The notes: generated by a model not told the origin, from the letters alone. Positions 21,401-33,304 are shown, counted from the first letter of the whole stretch. The stretch is DNA of 62,683 nucleotides, filler included, from 13 parts of 13 records of this genome joined end to end with filler, not necessarily neighbours in it; one strand, 5' to 3'. Translations and numbers: made by a program.

Positions 21401-24400
21401 ACGTCACCTCGATCTCTATCGATGAGTTGCCACCAACTGTGCCACTTGATGGTTCGAGCGAAATCGGTGGTGAGCCTCCACCAGTTTCCAGGGCCGATGT
21501 GTCGAAATGGAAGCTGAATGGAATATGCTCGCTGTTAAGGATCTCCACCGTCTTGGTCGCCTTACCCTTCAGCAGCATCGAGTGGAAGTTGATGTGCGGA
21601 ACGCTGAGCGCAACGCGCGGTTCCGATATCGTACCGGCGAGCACAAACGGAGCTCTGAGGTTGTACTCGGGGATGCAGAACACCCAGTGCGATTCCTGCG
21701 TTCTAGGCTCCTGGTTCTCCGGCGTGAATTCGAACACCATCTCGAACTTTTTACCGCTAAGCACAAGGCCACTGGTGTTGACGCAACGGAACGGCGAGCC
21801 GACCGTCTGTGCATCTGCGCATTCCCAGTGGAACTCGTAAGAAAAGTTGGTCGGATTCAGAACCATAAACCGGTTCGTGTTCCGCACGCGTGTTCCAAGT
21901 GACTCAAATTCGATCACCTTGGTGTCCGGATCCAGCGAACCTACAGCACCATGTGGGCCCTTGAGGTCATCGCTTCGCCGCCCGGACGTGATGTAGTCGC
22001 TCTCTGGCAACTCGAAGTGACACATTGGACGCAAGCTAGACGCGTGCACCGCAATGGTGTGCGGTTCATTACCCTCCTCGAGATTCGGTATATCGCATCG
22101 CATGACCATATAACACTGGTCGACCTCCATTGGCTGGAAGGCGACTACGACCTCAACCTCCTGGCCGGCAGCAAGGCTTCCAGCATCGGGCGAGATGCTG
22201 AAGTACGAACCAATGTAAGGCGACGAGCCATCAGGGTTGCACATGCTCCACTTGTACTCCATGCTTGCCAGGCCACCATTCTTCATGCTAAAGTGGTGAC
22301 GCCGTGTCTGGTACATCATGGTGCTCTTGAACTGGATTTCTGATGTATCACACTCCAGGCGGCCATAGTCGGCAACCACGTCGACCTTCAAAACCTTGTC
22401 TACGTGAGTCTCCTCGATTATCTCGTGCTCGGGCTCGGGGTCAGCCTCTTCAACACGCTTCTGCTGCGGCACATAATCATCGCCAGCATCCTCCGGTGGT
22501 TCCTCGTCCACAAACTTAACACTGCGCATGCGATCGTCCCACTCCGCCGGGGGGTCGTTGGTGTACTGGATACCGTCCATAACGCACGTGATCGCCAGTG
22601 CGTCCAGCTTTACCGGTGCGTCCGGCTTGTACGTCAGCATGATCGTCTTCGAGTCGTGCCCCCGGATATGCCCCACAGCTGGAGAGAAGCTGAAGTTCTC
22701 ACCGTTCTCGACACCTTCTAAACTAAACTGGAATCGTCGTGCTTCTGCCGCCCGGTTGTTCAGCTGGAATGAGGCTTGCTTCTCTACGCCGACAGGGCAG
22801 TCGCCGAGACTAAGAACGTCGTCAGAGTCGTCCGGAAGGCCTTCGAAGACGACGTCCTCTGTGTAAGCCTCTCCGACAAGCGAGAAGGAACGCTTTTCGA
22901 ATGCGTTCCCCAAGACCGACACGGTGAGCTTCTTCTTGAAGTCACCCACATCCGTTGGTGCAAAGTTGACTTGCAAAGTCACCCGGTCCTTCGGTGCCAT
23001 CTCAAACTCCAGGCCGCGGCCAGAAGTGTTGATGACCTCAAACGCAGGGTCCAGCGGTAGATCGTATACTACTTCAGCAGCGACTGCGCCATTGTTCCTC
23101 AACACGACTTCCAGCGTTTTTGTCTTGCCGACCAGTACTCGCGGGAACGCCAACAGTGGTGCACCAGCTTCGTCCATTGTAGTCGGCTCCTCGACGGTGA
23201 TGCTCGGCAGGTTGCCCTCGCCGCGCAACTCAAACTCGAGCTGCTTCTTCCCACTTTCCACGTCAGCCGTCAGCATACCCGCGAACGGTTGAATGCCATC
23301 GGGTCGGAAGTACACCTCTGCAAAACGATACTCGTGTGTCGGAATCGTCATGCTGGCTGGCTGAACCTCAAACGCAAACTTTTCTGCTCCCTCCTTCTCC
23401 AGCCGCGGCGTGATTGACAGTGACACGTTGCACGGAATTTTGTTCGTGTTGCTGATCTTGAAGCGTTGCCGCCCCTCTTCCTTACCCAGGACCAAGGCAC
23501 CAAAAGAGAATGCCCGCTCTTGAATGCCGAAAACATTTTTGTTCGCTCCAAACGGGTCCAGCTGACCGAGAACTTCCTGCTCCTCGAACACCTGATTGTA
23601 GTCATCTGTGTTAATAGATGGCATGCAGGATTCACCTGCGAGCTCGAATGGAATCCCCGTTGGGTTGTCATCGTAGTCACGGTGTTTAATATCGATAAAG
23701 ACGTCTTCAGTGAACGTCTTGGCACTCTGTCCAGGGCCGAAGATATCACTCCCACCAGGAGAGAACTGAATTTCCACGCGAACGATCTCGCCAGGCTCGA
23801 TGGTGCCGGTCGCCGGCGCCAGCACAAAATTCCCGATCTTGAGTTCTGCCACTCCTGGTTCTTCTGCTGCTGCTTCGACAGGGGCCTCTTCGCCTTCCTC
23901 GCCGCCCGGAACAGGGGTTGGGGACGATCGAGGAACCATTGGAGTTCCAAGAATCTTATAATCGTGAGCGAACTCGCCTGTGTTCGAAATCTCGATTGCC
24001 CGCGTTTTGTCCGTGCCGTAGATGATAGGACCGAAGTTGACGCCAGCACCTGGAAGGATCTTGTACTTGCTGAAAACTGCACGAGCAGACACAGACACAG
24101 CAGCCTTGGCAGTCACCTCGCCAGACATGGGCTCGAAAATGTGCATCATAATGTCAGAGTTGTCCTCGAGAGTGACCTCGCGATCTGTCAGGAACACGAA
24201 CTCAATGTCCATGGCCTCGTCCGGTTGTAGTTTAGCTTCTTGTGGCGTGATGGTGAACATGCTGTCCATTCCCTTGCGCAACACAAACCGGAAGCCACAC
24301 TCGTACTTTCCAGTGTTCTTCAGGGTCATTCTACGAGTCTCTGGCTCCCCGACCTTGACAAGCCCGAAATTATGTTGCTCGCTGCCTGGTGGTTGATCCT

Positions 24401-24691
24401 CGGGCTGATCGTGGTAGTCCGCATCCATTAGCACCTTGTAAGCCTCGGCCTTGATCTTAACCGACAGCACCTGCTCAATCCCAAGGAATTTCTCGGCATC
24501 AAACACCTCGATCTTGAGGTCGTGGTCAAACATCTTCGCCTGGTCTTCCTCTGCTGGCTCGCGCGATGCGAACTCGACGCTGATGATGGCCTCAGAGCCC
24601 GGCTCCACAGTGCCGGTGACAGGATAGATCTGGAACTCGTCTCCAAGGCCGCCCAGACCTTCTTCATCTGCCGGCTCCTCTCCCTCGGCAG
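18486..24691 (-). CDS. HYDIN: Hydin (axonemal central-pair protein), C-terminal part, 5' partial
   Basis: More than 2040 aa of uninterrupted tandem ASH/Ig-like domains, including RPMCHFELPESDYITSGRR, LDPDTKVIEFESLG, FMVLNPTNFSYEF, FFPLPDGSA and C-terminal WRYYLEG. The frame stays open to the contig edge. Confidence 0.96.
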
Positions 24692-24950
24692 NNNNNNNNN
24701 NNNNNNNNNNNNNNNNNNNNNNNNNNNNNNNNNNNTTAATTAATTAANNNNNNNNNNNNNNNNNNNNNNNNNNNNNNNNNNNNNNNNNNNNGTTCTCAAT
24801 ATTGATGATTGAAGTACTCCGCTGAGTATACCGCATATGCTGCCCAGAGTACGCCACTACATAAACCATGCACCACAGCCGCCGCCGCGCGCCGCGGCGC
24901 GGGGCGAGATGCTGACGGCGGCCCGTGGGTCGCAAGCCCCCCCCCCGTAA

Positions 24951-25961
24951 ATGAGCAACTGCGAGAGCGGAGACTCCTCGGACAGCACGGATGACCTCTC
25001 TGGCAACAGCGACGACGAGCTTGGCTGTGGGCGGCCAGCTGCCTGCAGTGCAGGCGCCAACCCGGTGCTCGCCGCTGCGATCGCAGGCGGCGGTTGCCTG
25101 GTATTCAAGCCGGACGATGTGGTGAGGCTGCGCACCAAACATCGCCTCATCGGGCGCCTCGTCGGCACGGTGCCGCCGCCTCGTCCTGCAAAGAAGCCAC
25201 GTCGGCGCGGAGCCGATGCCGAGCCCGAGCTCACGTCTGGCACTCTAGCTGCTCCACCGGCAACCAATCTCTTCCAAAAGCGCGGCAACAAGTCGGGTGC
25301 CGGGTTGCCACTGTTTCTGAGCGCGGAAGAGACTGCCGTGGCCGTCACCGAGAAGATCCTACAGCTCACGCCCCCGCACAAGGCCGCTGGGATCGGCGCA
25401 TCTGGGTGCGATGAGTCGCTGCGACCACCGCCGCTGCTGCACGACCTGTGGAGGCGCGGCTTCTACGTGACCGCGGCGACTAAATTTGGCGGTGAGTGGC
25501 TATGCTACCAAGCAGATCCAATAAGTGTCCACGCAGATTACATCGTGTCGCACTGGCCGAGTGGCACTGATGCGATGAGAAGGGACGCCGTACCAAGTGG
25601 CGCGGCCCCTGTTGACGTTGCTGACGCGCTGCGAGCAATCGGCATCAACGTCTCCTTAGACACCATGCGCGCCACCGGTACAACAGCCGCCTTGTCCCCT
25701 GCTTCTCCAACACTACTGGTGGCCAGTGGTCAGGATGTTCAACGCTCATCTACCGATGCTGGCGGTGTTGCAAGGCCACCAGCAATGCTGCTTCACCATG
25801 CACTGTACGTGGGCGTAGAGCTGGTCGCAATGTTGCGCCTGGCAGCCCAGGCCAAAAAAACGTTGATTCTTGCAGTTCATCAGCAACAAGAAGGGAAGAG
25901 CACTGCAGATGAACAAGCTGGCTTCACATACTACAGACTCAGGCGCATCGCGAGCCGCTAG
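24951..25961 (+). CDS. TSEN34: tRNA-splicing endonuclease catalytic subunit Sen34
   Basis: VFKPDDVVRLRTKHRLIGRLVGTVP, GLPLFLSAEE, DLWRRGFYVTAATKFGGEWLCYQADPISVHA and RLAAQAKKT; Tyr, His and Lys catalytic residues present. Confidence 0.9.
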   Translation: MSNCESGDSSDSTDDLSGNSDDELGCGRPAACSAGANPVLAAAIAGGGCLVFKPDDVVRLRTKHRLIGRLVGTVPPPRPAKKPRRRGADAEPELTSGTLAAPPATNLFQKRGNKSGAGLPLFLSAEETAVAVTEKILQLTPPHKAAGIGASGCDESLRPPPLLHDLWRRGFYVTAATKFGGEWLCYQADPISVHADYIVSHWPSGTDAMRRDAVPSGAAPVDVADALRAIGINVSLDTMRATGTTAALSPASPTLLVASGQDVQRSSTDAGGVARPPAMLLHHALYVGVELVAMLRLAAQAKKTLILAVHQQQEGKSTADEQAGFTYYRLRRIASR

Positions 25962-26136
25962 ATTGGTATGAGCAAGCACAGGGATAGAGGGTGGTGGAGA
26001 AAGACAGATGTGGTTCACAAAATAGTTCACAAAATAGTAGAGAGGTTGATGAATAGTCTAGTACAGTGCGTAGCTATGAATCGATATATCAAATGACAGT
26101 ACATTCAGCTCGCGATCAATCAGAGACCAAAGCTTG

Positions 26137-27597
26137 TCATGACGGAGCGGGGGCAGGAACCGGAACAGCAGCAAAGAGTCCCAACAGATCCACATGCTGA
26201 GGGTTAGGTGGAGCGCCCGCCGACGCGACTGAATCGCCATGCTGACCGAGAGTCACAGGTGGTGCAACTTTACCTGCACCTGCCGTTGTCCCCGTGCTAA
26301 CGGCCGGTGGCTCAGGCAGATACTTCCCGTCCCAGTAATCTCGTATTCGTTTGCTAGCCTGCGACAGCCACTCCTCTCTCTCACCGTCCACTCCCAGCCC
26401 CGGACCATCCTCTGCACAGCAGCGGACGAGCAACTGCCCCGGTCTCTTCTGCTTGACGACGCACTGCCGCCACTGATTTCTGCGGCTCAGGATTGTGATT
26501 TGCTCCCCGACGTCGTAGCCCGACTTCATGAATCCTCGGCTGATAGGAACATCATCAACCTCATCGCCAATCCCCCCACTGTAACTGCTGCTGAACATTG
26601 TGTCCAGACCAGCAGAAATGGAAGCATCATGCGTGCCTCCCAATCCGATGTTTGTACTCGCATTCGGTTCACTGGTGGCTGCCGCTGCTGCGCCCGTAGT
26701 CTGCTGCACCAGGTCTGTCGCAGATGAGCTGTAATACACTGAGTAATCCACAGGTGCTGGTTGTGGCGCAACTGCCGGCGGTTCTGTCCTTAACCTAGTG
26801 GCGTCACTCTCATCGCTGAGACTACCCAGGCGAGACGGGCCGTCTAATGAGACCTGCGCCCAGGCTCCAGTGTCGGCAGGACGACCAGCGCCGGCCGCGG
26901 CGCCGGCACCACCTGGCTGGGGGGCACCTGCCCGGGTTTCACCACCTGTACCGAGTCCAAGGGCATCCAGAGCACCAACAAACCCGGCTGACGAGCGAGT
27001 TTTCTCCAAAGCAGCGCTGGCCGAGAGTCTGGCAGTGTCAAAAGCAACACTGGCACTGTCTAACAGAGCATCTGTGTCCGGCAGCCAGCTTCCTGCCGGC
27101 GGGATGACTGTGAGGGTGAAGTCCTGGTGCGTGTCCTCTTTATGCTGAAGCATCTGCAGCACAGCAGACAGCGGCAGCTCCTGTATAGGTACCTGCGGTG
27201 ACGAGCACGGCGCCGAATAAGCGATGGTCAGCACAGTCGTACCTCTGCCACGCTGCAGGGCTGTCGGGTATCCACGCGCAAGTGCCATCGACCGACGCAC
27301 CATATTGATCGCAACTAGCCGGGAACCTTCTCTCACGTGCGGGTGCGAGGCGATGATTGGGCTGCCGGGCGCGATCGAGTCGACCACGACGGGCTCGCCT
27401 GGCACGTCGGACGGGGCTGTGAAATGCAACCCGATCGGCCCGCCGTGCGCAATGGGGAGCACCACGGCCTCCAACCCCTCGGCATTGGGCGCCTCGATCG
27501 CTGCCTCCACAGTCGCCACCAGTCCTTTCGCGGCGACCTCTGCATCCGCCGCGAGCTCGGTTGCCCGCGCCTTGGCGCTCTGCAAGAATCCCTGCAT
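26137..27597 (-). CDS. PDZ-domain protein with C-terminal Tudor/SH3-like barrel; probable in-frame intron about 27193-27300
   Basis: GGPIGLHF...VVVDSIAPGSP...VREGSRLVAIN|VPIQELPLSAVLQML is PDZ-like. EQITILSRRNQWRQCVVKQKRPGQLLV...EEWL is a small barrel-like segment. Confidence 0.7.
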   Translation of the reverse strand: MQGFLQSAKARATELAADAEVAAKGLVATVEAAIEAPNAEGLEAVVLPIAHGGPIGLHFTAPSDVPGEPVVVDSIAPGSPIIASHPHVREGSRLVAINMVRRSMALARGYPTALQRGRGTTVLTIAYSAPCSSPQVPIQELPLSAVLQMLQHKEDTHQDFTLTVIPPAGSWLPDTDALLDSASVAFDTARLSASAALEKTRSSAGFVGALDALGLGTGGETRAGAPQPGGAGAAAGAGRPADTGAWAQVSLDGPSRLGSLSDESDATRLRTEPPAVAPQPAPVDYSVYYSSSATDLVQQTTGAAAAATSEPNASTNIGLGGTHDASISAGLDTMFSSSYSGGIGDEVDDVPISRGFMKSGYDVGEQITILSRRNQWRQCVVKQKRPGQLLVRCCAEDGPGLGVDGEREEWLSQASKRIRDYWDGKYLPEPPAVSTGTTAGAGKVAPPVTLGQHGDSVASAGAPPNPQHVDLLGLFAAVPVPAPAPS

Positions 27598-28151
27598 CGT
27601 AGCTCAAACGAAACACGCACGCACTGGGTGGCAGCGCGAGAGGCCGCGCGAGAGCTCGCCGGCGCGCGCGCGCCGCCGGTCCCGCGCGCGCGGCGCTAGC
27701 TCGCCGCCGCGCATGCGCCGACCGCCGTGATCTCGCGAGTATACAGGCGACCGGCGGGTTACAATCATTCCATTCGACAGCTTGTAATTTATACGCACAA
27801 TTGCACATGAGAACCATGATGAGAACCATGATGAGAACAGCCCAAGCCTGAAGCCAGACCATGAGGAGGCTTCAGCTACGGGAGCGACTTCGACAACGGA
27901 GGCGGGCGCTGGTGACAGCAAGCTTCGCTGCACCCAGGCGCACAAAGTGCTTTCACGGCAGCGAGCGAGGAGCGGCGCACAAAGAGGTGTGACAAGGCTG
28001 ATACCAAGCGGAAGCCAATGTTGCATCATTGTGCGGGTCTTCATTTGCAAAATCATTGACGTGCCCCCACAGTAGACTAGAGTACAACTCATGCAAAAAA
28101 ATCGAATTTGCGCAGGCGTGCGTGGGTGGTTGCGACAGCACGAGCGCACGT

Positions 28152-29771
28152 TCACCATAGCTCGTTTGGATTGATCGTAATTGTGCCTGTACCATCACTG
28201 CCAACTGTAGCTTTGAACCGCTGCATCTGTCCACTTTCTCCTTGGGCGCAGCTTATTGTCACCAACTCACCCGGCGCTCCGGCGAACACCTGCCCCATCA
28301 CAGTGTACAGTTGTACAGCATCGTTTGTGCACAATCATTGGGCTGACGCGCAGGACGAGACACGAATGCAGACTCGGGATTGGGTTGCAGACATACCAGC
28401 TTCCACGAGCCTGAGGGCTGCGAAGTCAGTGACTGAAAGCGTCGTGGCGAGAACGGCACAAACTTGGTCACCTCCCCGAGGAGAATCGTGTAGCTCTCCC
28501 CTAGAAGAGGCGCAACCTGCAGAAACGCCTCTTCCTTCTGGTGGGCAGGAATTGCCATACTGCCGCCATCAGCAGCGAGAAATGCCCCAGGGCATGCGTT
28601 GGAGGTTTCGTCACGGATGCACTGGTTGTGCCAGTCATAGAAGTAGTGATAGCCAAGTTTGCCGTCCCACTTGCTGCTACCATCGTCGCTGTACAGCGCT
28701 TCGCTATAGAAGTCAGAAGGAATGAGTGGCAGATCTTGATTCATCCCCCAGCCAAGAACGTTGAACCAGGGTCGATTGAAGCCTGCAAGATGTGTGTCTG
28801 CGACCCAGATCTGACCATTATTGAGCGATGCGGAGGAGAAAGTGCGGTCGACTGGAGTGATGGTGCGAGTGGGCTGAAGAATGTAGCCGTCGCCACGGCT
28901 GGCTGCCATGACTATTGTAGCGTTCGTTTTGTTGACCTCATCACCGAGTCCAAATGGACCCTTCGACAAGCATGCAACGATGGCCTGAGATAATGGTGTC
29001 GTCGCAGTGCAGACGTTGTCCTTCGACGGTCCGAGCCCGAGCGCGGACTGGAACATAAATGCAATGCCCATCGACAGCGAAAGGCTGCGGGGCAGTTCGG
29101 CACAGAAACGAGCTTAACATGAGATTTTGCAGTGGGCGCTTCGAAGTATATCAGCCGACTCACCTGCGTCCACCATCGCCAGAGGAGCGTGCGTTTGTAA
29201 CCGAGTCCATCTCGAGGGACTGCATGAGATTGGAGGGTAGCTCCATGCACATCTGCATTGTCATGTGGTGCTTGAGCGTCGCTTGGTCGAATCCTAGAAG
29301 CCAGTCTCGGACTTCGTCGCGCTCGAATCCCATGTTCATTTGCTGGATCGAAGTCTGGTCGCCAAGGAAGTCACTGAACACTGCGATTTCACCCACCGAT
29401 GCTCCCCATGACAGTAGATAGTCGTAGAACGCAAATGACGCTGACGGTGCAGGTTGGGCGTACGTGACGCCACCATGACCCCAGAAATTCATTGGCTCAG
29501 TGTTGTTGATGGATGGGAATCGCTTCCACATGGGTGAGTCAGCGCAGTCTGTCACATCGCATGATTGGCGACATCGACGTCAGTATGAGTGGTCAACACA
29601 AGCATTCTCAGAACACAGCGGGGGTCGCTGAGGGGCACATACACATGTGCAGATAAAACATCCAGTTCGCGTTGATGTCCATGCCGAGTTTGCGCAGTCC
29701 AGAGGGGTTCCAGGTGGAGTTGGAGTACGTCCAGTTGTAGATGCTAGAGCAGCAGCAGCAGCAGCAGCAGC
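28152..29771 (-). CDS. Putative glycoside hydrolase-like protein (GH27/36 or raffinose-synthase-like C-terminal region), multi-exon, 5' partial
   Basis: WLLGFDQATLKHHMTMQMCMELPSNLMQSL...VTNARSSGD, ALGLGPSKDN and LSKGPFGLGD...DGYILQP resemble an uncharacterised Sip1/GH36-related family (recognised from memory). Confidence 0.6.
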
Positions 29772-29891
29772 ANNNNNNNNNNNNNNNNNNNNNNNNNNNN
29801 NNNNNNNNNNNNNNNNTTAATTAATTAANNNNNNNNNNNNNNNNNNNNNNNNNNNNNNNNNNNNNNNNNNNNGCGCGCGTGCAGCAAAACG

Positions 29892-31706
29892 ATGTTGCTA
29901 GCAGCGGTGCTTACGCTGAAAGCAGCAACGAGTCCGATAGATTCCACGCCATGGGCATCACTGAACGGCTCGGAGGTGAGCGATGGCACGGCAGCTGATG
30001 CCACCACAGCCAGTGCTGACGGCGTGACGTGCAACGCACGCTGGTTGCCCCCTGGGTCGCCGCTGGTCTCGCACATGCCAAACGTGCTGATGATAGGGGA
30101 TTCGATCTCAAAGGGCAACTCCGGCTACTCACTGTATGTCAGAGATATCCTGCAGATGATCGAACCAAGTGGGCTGCGTGGGACCAGCGACTCCCTGATT
30201 GGGACAGTCCAGCATGGCGGTGGATTTGGAAGTGACGGGCAGGCTGCAGCCTCGCAGCAGGGCGCTGCAAAGGTCGCCTGCTACATGGGAAACGCGTCCG
30301 GATCGCTAGCAGCCAAAGCCTGGTCAACAATTACCTACAACGCAGGCCTGCACGATTGTGGACGCGGCTCCTCGGAATGGGTTAACGCCAGCGCATACGA
30401 AGCGAATCTTCGTGCGATTTTCAGTACGCTAATCCCAGCCGCGAGGACAGTCATCTTTGTGGCCACCACGCCATTTGACCTGAAGCTCCCGATCAACTAC
30501 ACCGTGGGTATCACGCCGCAGTGCGTTGTTCAGCGAAATCAGATTGCAAAACGGGTCGCACGTGAAATGGACGTGGTGTTCACTGATCTCGCCGGCTTCG
30601 TTGATGCAGGCTGTTTGCGCCAGAATTACACGCAGTGCGCCTGGCAGACCACCGGCCTGCATTTCTTCACTCGTGCGCCTCTACCGTCTGGGCAACAGTA
30701 CACCGCGATATCGATGGCCAACGCGATTGTTCGTAGCCTTACCGTCGCTGACCTAGCCCCTTCGGCACCGCCAGGACCGCCGCTGCGGGTGGGTCCGCGA
30801 GAGCAGCCTTGCGGTGCCGCACTGCCACCTGAAGCGACGACAACATTCTGCAAGTGCGAGCCTGTGAGCGCCGGTGGTCTCGACTGCTTGCACTCGGGGG
30901 TCGCCTGCGTCAATGATACCATTCCACAGCTTCTTTTCATCGGAGATGAGGCAGCCACCGGCTATGGCGGTCACCTGCAGCGGATCTTCGAAAGCCCACT
31001 ACCTTGGTGCGGGCGCAATCAGTCCATTCCGAACAGCGAGCCTGCGGATGCTACCGGATTCTGTGGCAAAGGGACTGGCCGCGCTGGGCCCATTCGTCCG
31101 CTTGACACGGAATCTCGCACTGCCACTGGTGCACTTGCAACTGTTGTGGCGCGTGCCAGTGCTTCTGGGAGCGCGGCGAGCGGGGTGGAGTGTGCGGTCC
31201 ATCGATGGCTATCATCGACTCGCAAGTGGGATGTCATTGCTTTGAGCAGCTTCGGTTGGTCCGACTGCGCCAACGGTTCAAGTTTGAACGCGACTGGGTT
31301 CGAGAACAGCCTGAGACAGATCATGGACGCTGCCGCACAGTCACTCAACGACGGAGGGAAGATCGTTTGGATCCCAAGCACGCTGGCGGGTGCTGGTTCT
31401 GCAGCGAGCGCGTCCAACACGTGCATCTCAGAGCAAAATGCAATCGGCAGGCGTCTGGTCAGTGGCTCAAAGCTAAACGCTGTGGCCGTCGATCTGGATA
31501 CGGCGCTACAAGACGCCTGTGGTGGCCACGGGTACGAGAGCTGCTCGCTGCAACGGCTCGAGGATGGCTCACTACTGAGCGAGTCTGGAAAGGCGTTCAG
31601 TGCGGTGATCGTGGCTCACGCGATCGCCCCCTTGCTCGGGCCCCGCTGGGAGGCAGTCTACCGCCAGGTCGCCCCAATTGGACAAAAACAATGGCATCGA
31701 CAATGA
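29892..31706 (+). CDS. Secreted SGNH/GDSL hydrolase with two tandem domains
   Basis: Hydrophobic N-terminus. Domain 1 has VLMIGDSIS, NAGLHD, FVATTP and GLHF. Domain 2 is a degenerate copy (LFIGDEAATGY, SFGWSD). Confidence 0.82.
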   Translation: MLLAAVLTLKAATSPIDSTPWASLNGSEVSDGTAADATTASADGVTCNARWLPPGSPLVSHMPNVLMIGDSISKGNSGYSLYVRDILQMIEPSGLRGTSDSLIGTVQHGGGFGSDGQAAASQQGAAKVACYMGNASGSLAAKAWSTITYNAGLHDCGRGSSEWVNASAYEANLRAIFSTLIPAARTVIFVATTPFDLKLPINYTVGITPQCVVQRNQIAKRVAREMDVVFTDLAGFVDAGCLRQNYTQCAWQTTGLHFFTRAPLPSGQQYTAISMANAIVRSLTVADLAPSAPPGPPLRVGPREQPCGAALPPEATTTFCKCEPVSAGGLDCLHSGVACVNDTIPQLLFIGDEAATGYGGHLQRIFESPLPWCGRNQSIPNSEPADATGFCGKGTGRAGPIRPLDTESRTATGALATVVARASASGSAASGVECAVHRWLSSTRKWDVIALSSFGWSDCANGSSLNATGFENSLRQIMDAAAQSLNDGGKIVWIPSTLAGAGSAASASNTCISEQNAIGRRLVSGSKLNAVAVDLDTALQDACGGHGYESCSLQRLEDGSLLSESGKAFSAVIVAHAIAPLLGPRWEAVYRQVAPIGQKQWHRQ

Positions 31707-31775
31707 CTCGGCGCAGTATGTTGCAATAAAGGCACGATTACAGCCGTTTCTTAGACAACCTACTGAACGCCTTTC

Positions 31776-33032
31776 CTACTTTTTCACAGCGTAGCACATG
31801 CTCGTGTCCCAGATGTGGTCGTACTTGCCCGCCTGCAGGCCGAGGCGCTTGCCAATCGAGTGGCCGTTGTCACCTCCGGGCCACTTGCGGTCCGGGGAGT
31901 CGTACGGCTGACAGTAGGACGAGTCGATGAAGTAGCGTGGCTTGCCATCGCCGCCGGGCTTCTGCGCCCGCCCTACAGGTTTCGCACGCAGTGACAGCAG
32001 GTGTGTGTCTTACGGAGGATATCGGCGTGAGGCGAAAGCGGCGCAGGAGAGCCGAGAGGTGGGAACGAGGGAAAAGCGCACCGTGCATCAGCGCGCTGTG
32101 CACAATGATCGCGGAGCCTGGCGCGAGCGGGTTGCCCTCGCCGAAGAACACGGAGCCGGGCAGCCGCGACTCTTTCCACAGCCCCTGGAACCCGCCGCGC
32201 TCCATCACGGAGTACTGAGACTTGGGCAGCGTCATCAGATCGCCGACCGTACCATCCAGGCCGTTCATGTCTGCAGCGCAGCCAAGGGGCGGTCAGGGGC
32301 AGGGGCAGGGGCCGCCGCTCGGAGGCGGGAGGAGGAGGGAAGCGGCGCGCGCACAGTAGAAGACGTGCACCATCAGGTTCTCGCGGTCGACCTGGGGGTT
32401 CTGCTCGTAGTCCTGGTGCCAGTAAGACGGCCCCTCGCCCCGATCATGGCGCGCGGCGTGGATGTGGTGCAGCGCACAGTCATCGCGCCCGTTGCCGTAC
32501 GCACCCATCAGCTGCTTCACCTTCTCGACGATCGGCGGGTGCACAACCAGTTCGCCCAGCGAGCCGAACTCCACGACGTGCGGCACGGGCGTGCCGGCGT
32601 CCCGCTGGTGGTCGCGCCGCGCCTCGACCAGCATGTCGAGGTCGCGCTTGAGCTGCTCGTTGAGGCTGCCCTCGCCCTCGCCCAGGATGCCCGGCAGCAC
32701 GACGTACTGCGCGCGCAGACAGCGGTGCAGCGTGTGACAAGGCGAGCGTGCGTGTGTGTGCGCGCGCGCGCGTGATACACGCGGACAGACGCGCTGTAAG
32801 GGGTGGGGCGGGCGCGGCGCGCGGAGAGTTGGGAAGCGCGGAGGAGAAAGCGGGGGCGGTGTTGGGGGCGGCGGCTGCGCACGCCGTCCTGCAGAAAGGC
32901 CTCGATCTCCGCCTCGGTCAGCGGCGCCTCGTTATCGGCGTGCACGTTCAGCGTCGCCGGGTCGACGACGACATCCAGCTCGGCGGCCGCGACGTGGCGC
33001 GCGATGCAGCCAACGCGGCGTGTGGCGCGCAT
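31776..33032 (-). CDS. PhyH-family dioxygenase with probable mitochondrial presequence; exons 32883-33032, 32355-32706, 32082-32270, 31776-31972
   Basis: LTEAEIEAFLQDG|YVVLPGIL, LVVHPPIVEKVKQLMG, WHQDY, HVFYYMNG, PGSAIIVHSALMHGR and RYFIDSSYCQ; three canonical GT-AG introns. Confidence 0.9.
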
Positions 33033-33231
33033 GGTGGTCCTCTCGAGCGGCGGTGGGCGGTGCTGGTTGCGTGCTGGTGTGGGGGGCTGGCCAGCGTCTG
33101 CTGGGCGTCTGTGCACCGTGCGTCAGCTCTGCTGGCCAGTTCAAACTGGCGAGCAGGCAATGACCCGGCTCAATTCATTCAAACCCAACTGTTGATATAC
33201 TGTTTTTCGGCCGCAGTTTGCATGTCGATTA

Positions 33232-33304
33232 GCCCGTCTAGCTCAGTCGGTAGAGCGCAAGACTCTTAATCTTGTGGTCGTGGGTTCGAGCCCCACGGTG
33301 GGCA
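33232..33304 (+). tRNA. trnK-CUU: tRNA-Lys (anticodon CTT), no intron
   Basis: GCCCGTCTAGCTCAGTCGGTAGAGCGCAAGACTCTTAATCTTGTGGTCGTGGGTTCGAGCCCCACGGTGGGCA: A and B boxes, anticodon arm CAAGA-CT-CTT-AA-TCTTG, downstream TTTT Pol III terminator. Confidence 0.98.

Noticed and set aside
18538-24431. Many antisense or overlapping ORFs within HYDIN and other genes
   Set aside because: These are the shadow ORFs expected in GC-rich coding DNA and contain no recognisable domains.
27807-27838. Short tandem ATGAGAACCATG x2.5
   Set aside because: A simple local duplication in intergenic DNA with no spacers or other supporting structure.
24951-33304. TSEN34 near a tRNA gene as a functional pair
   Set aside because: They are on different contigs, and the tRNA has no intron.
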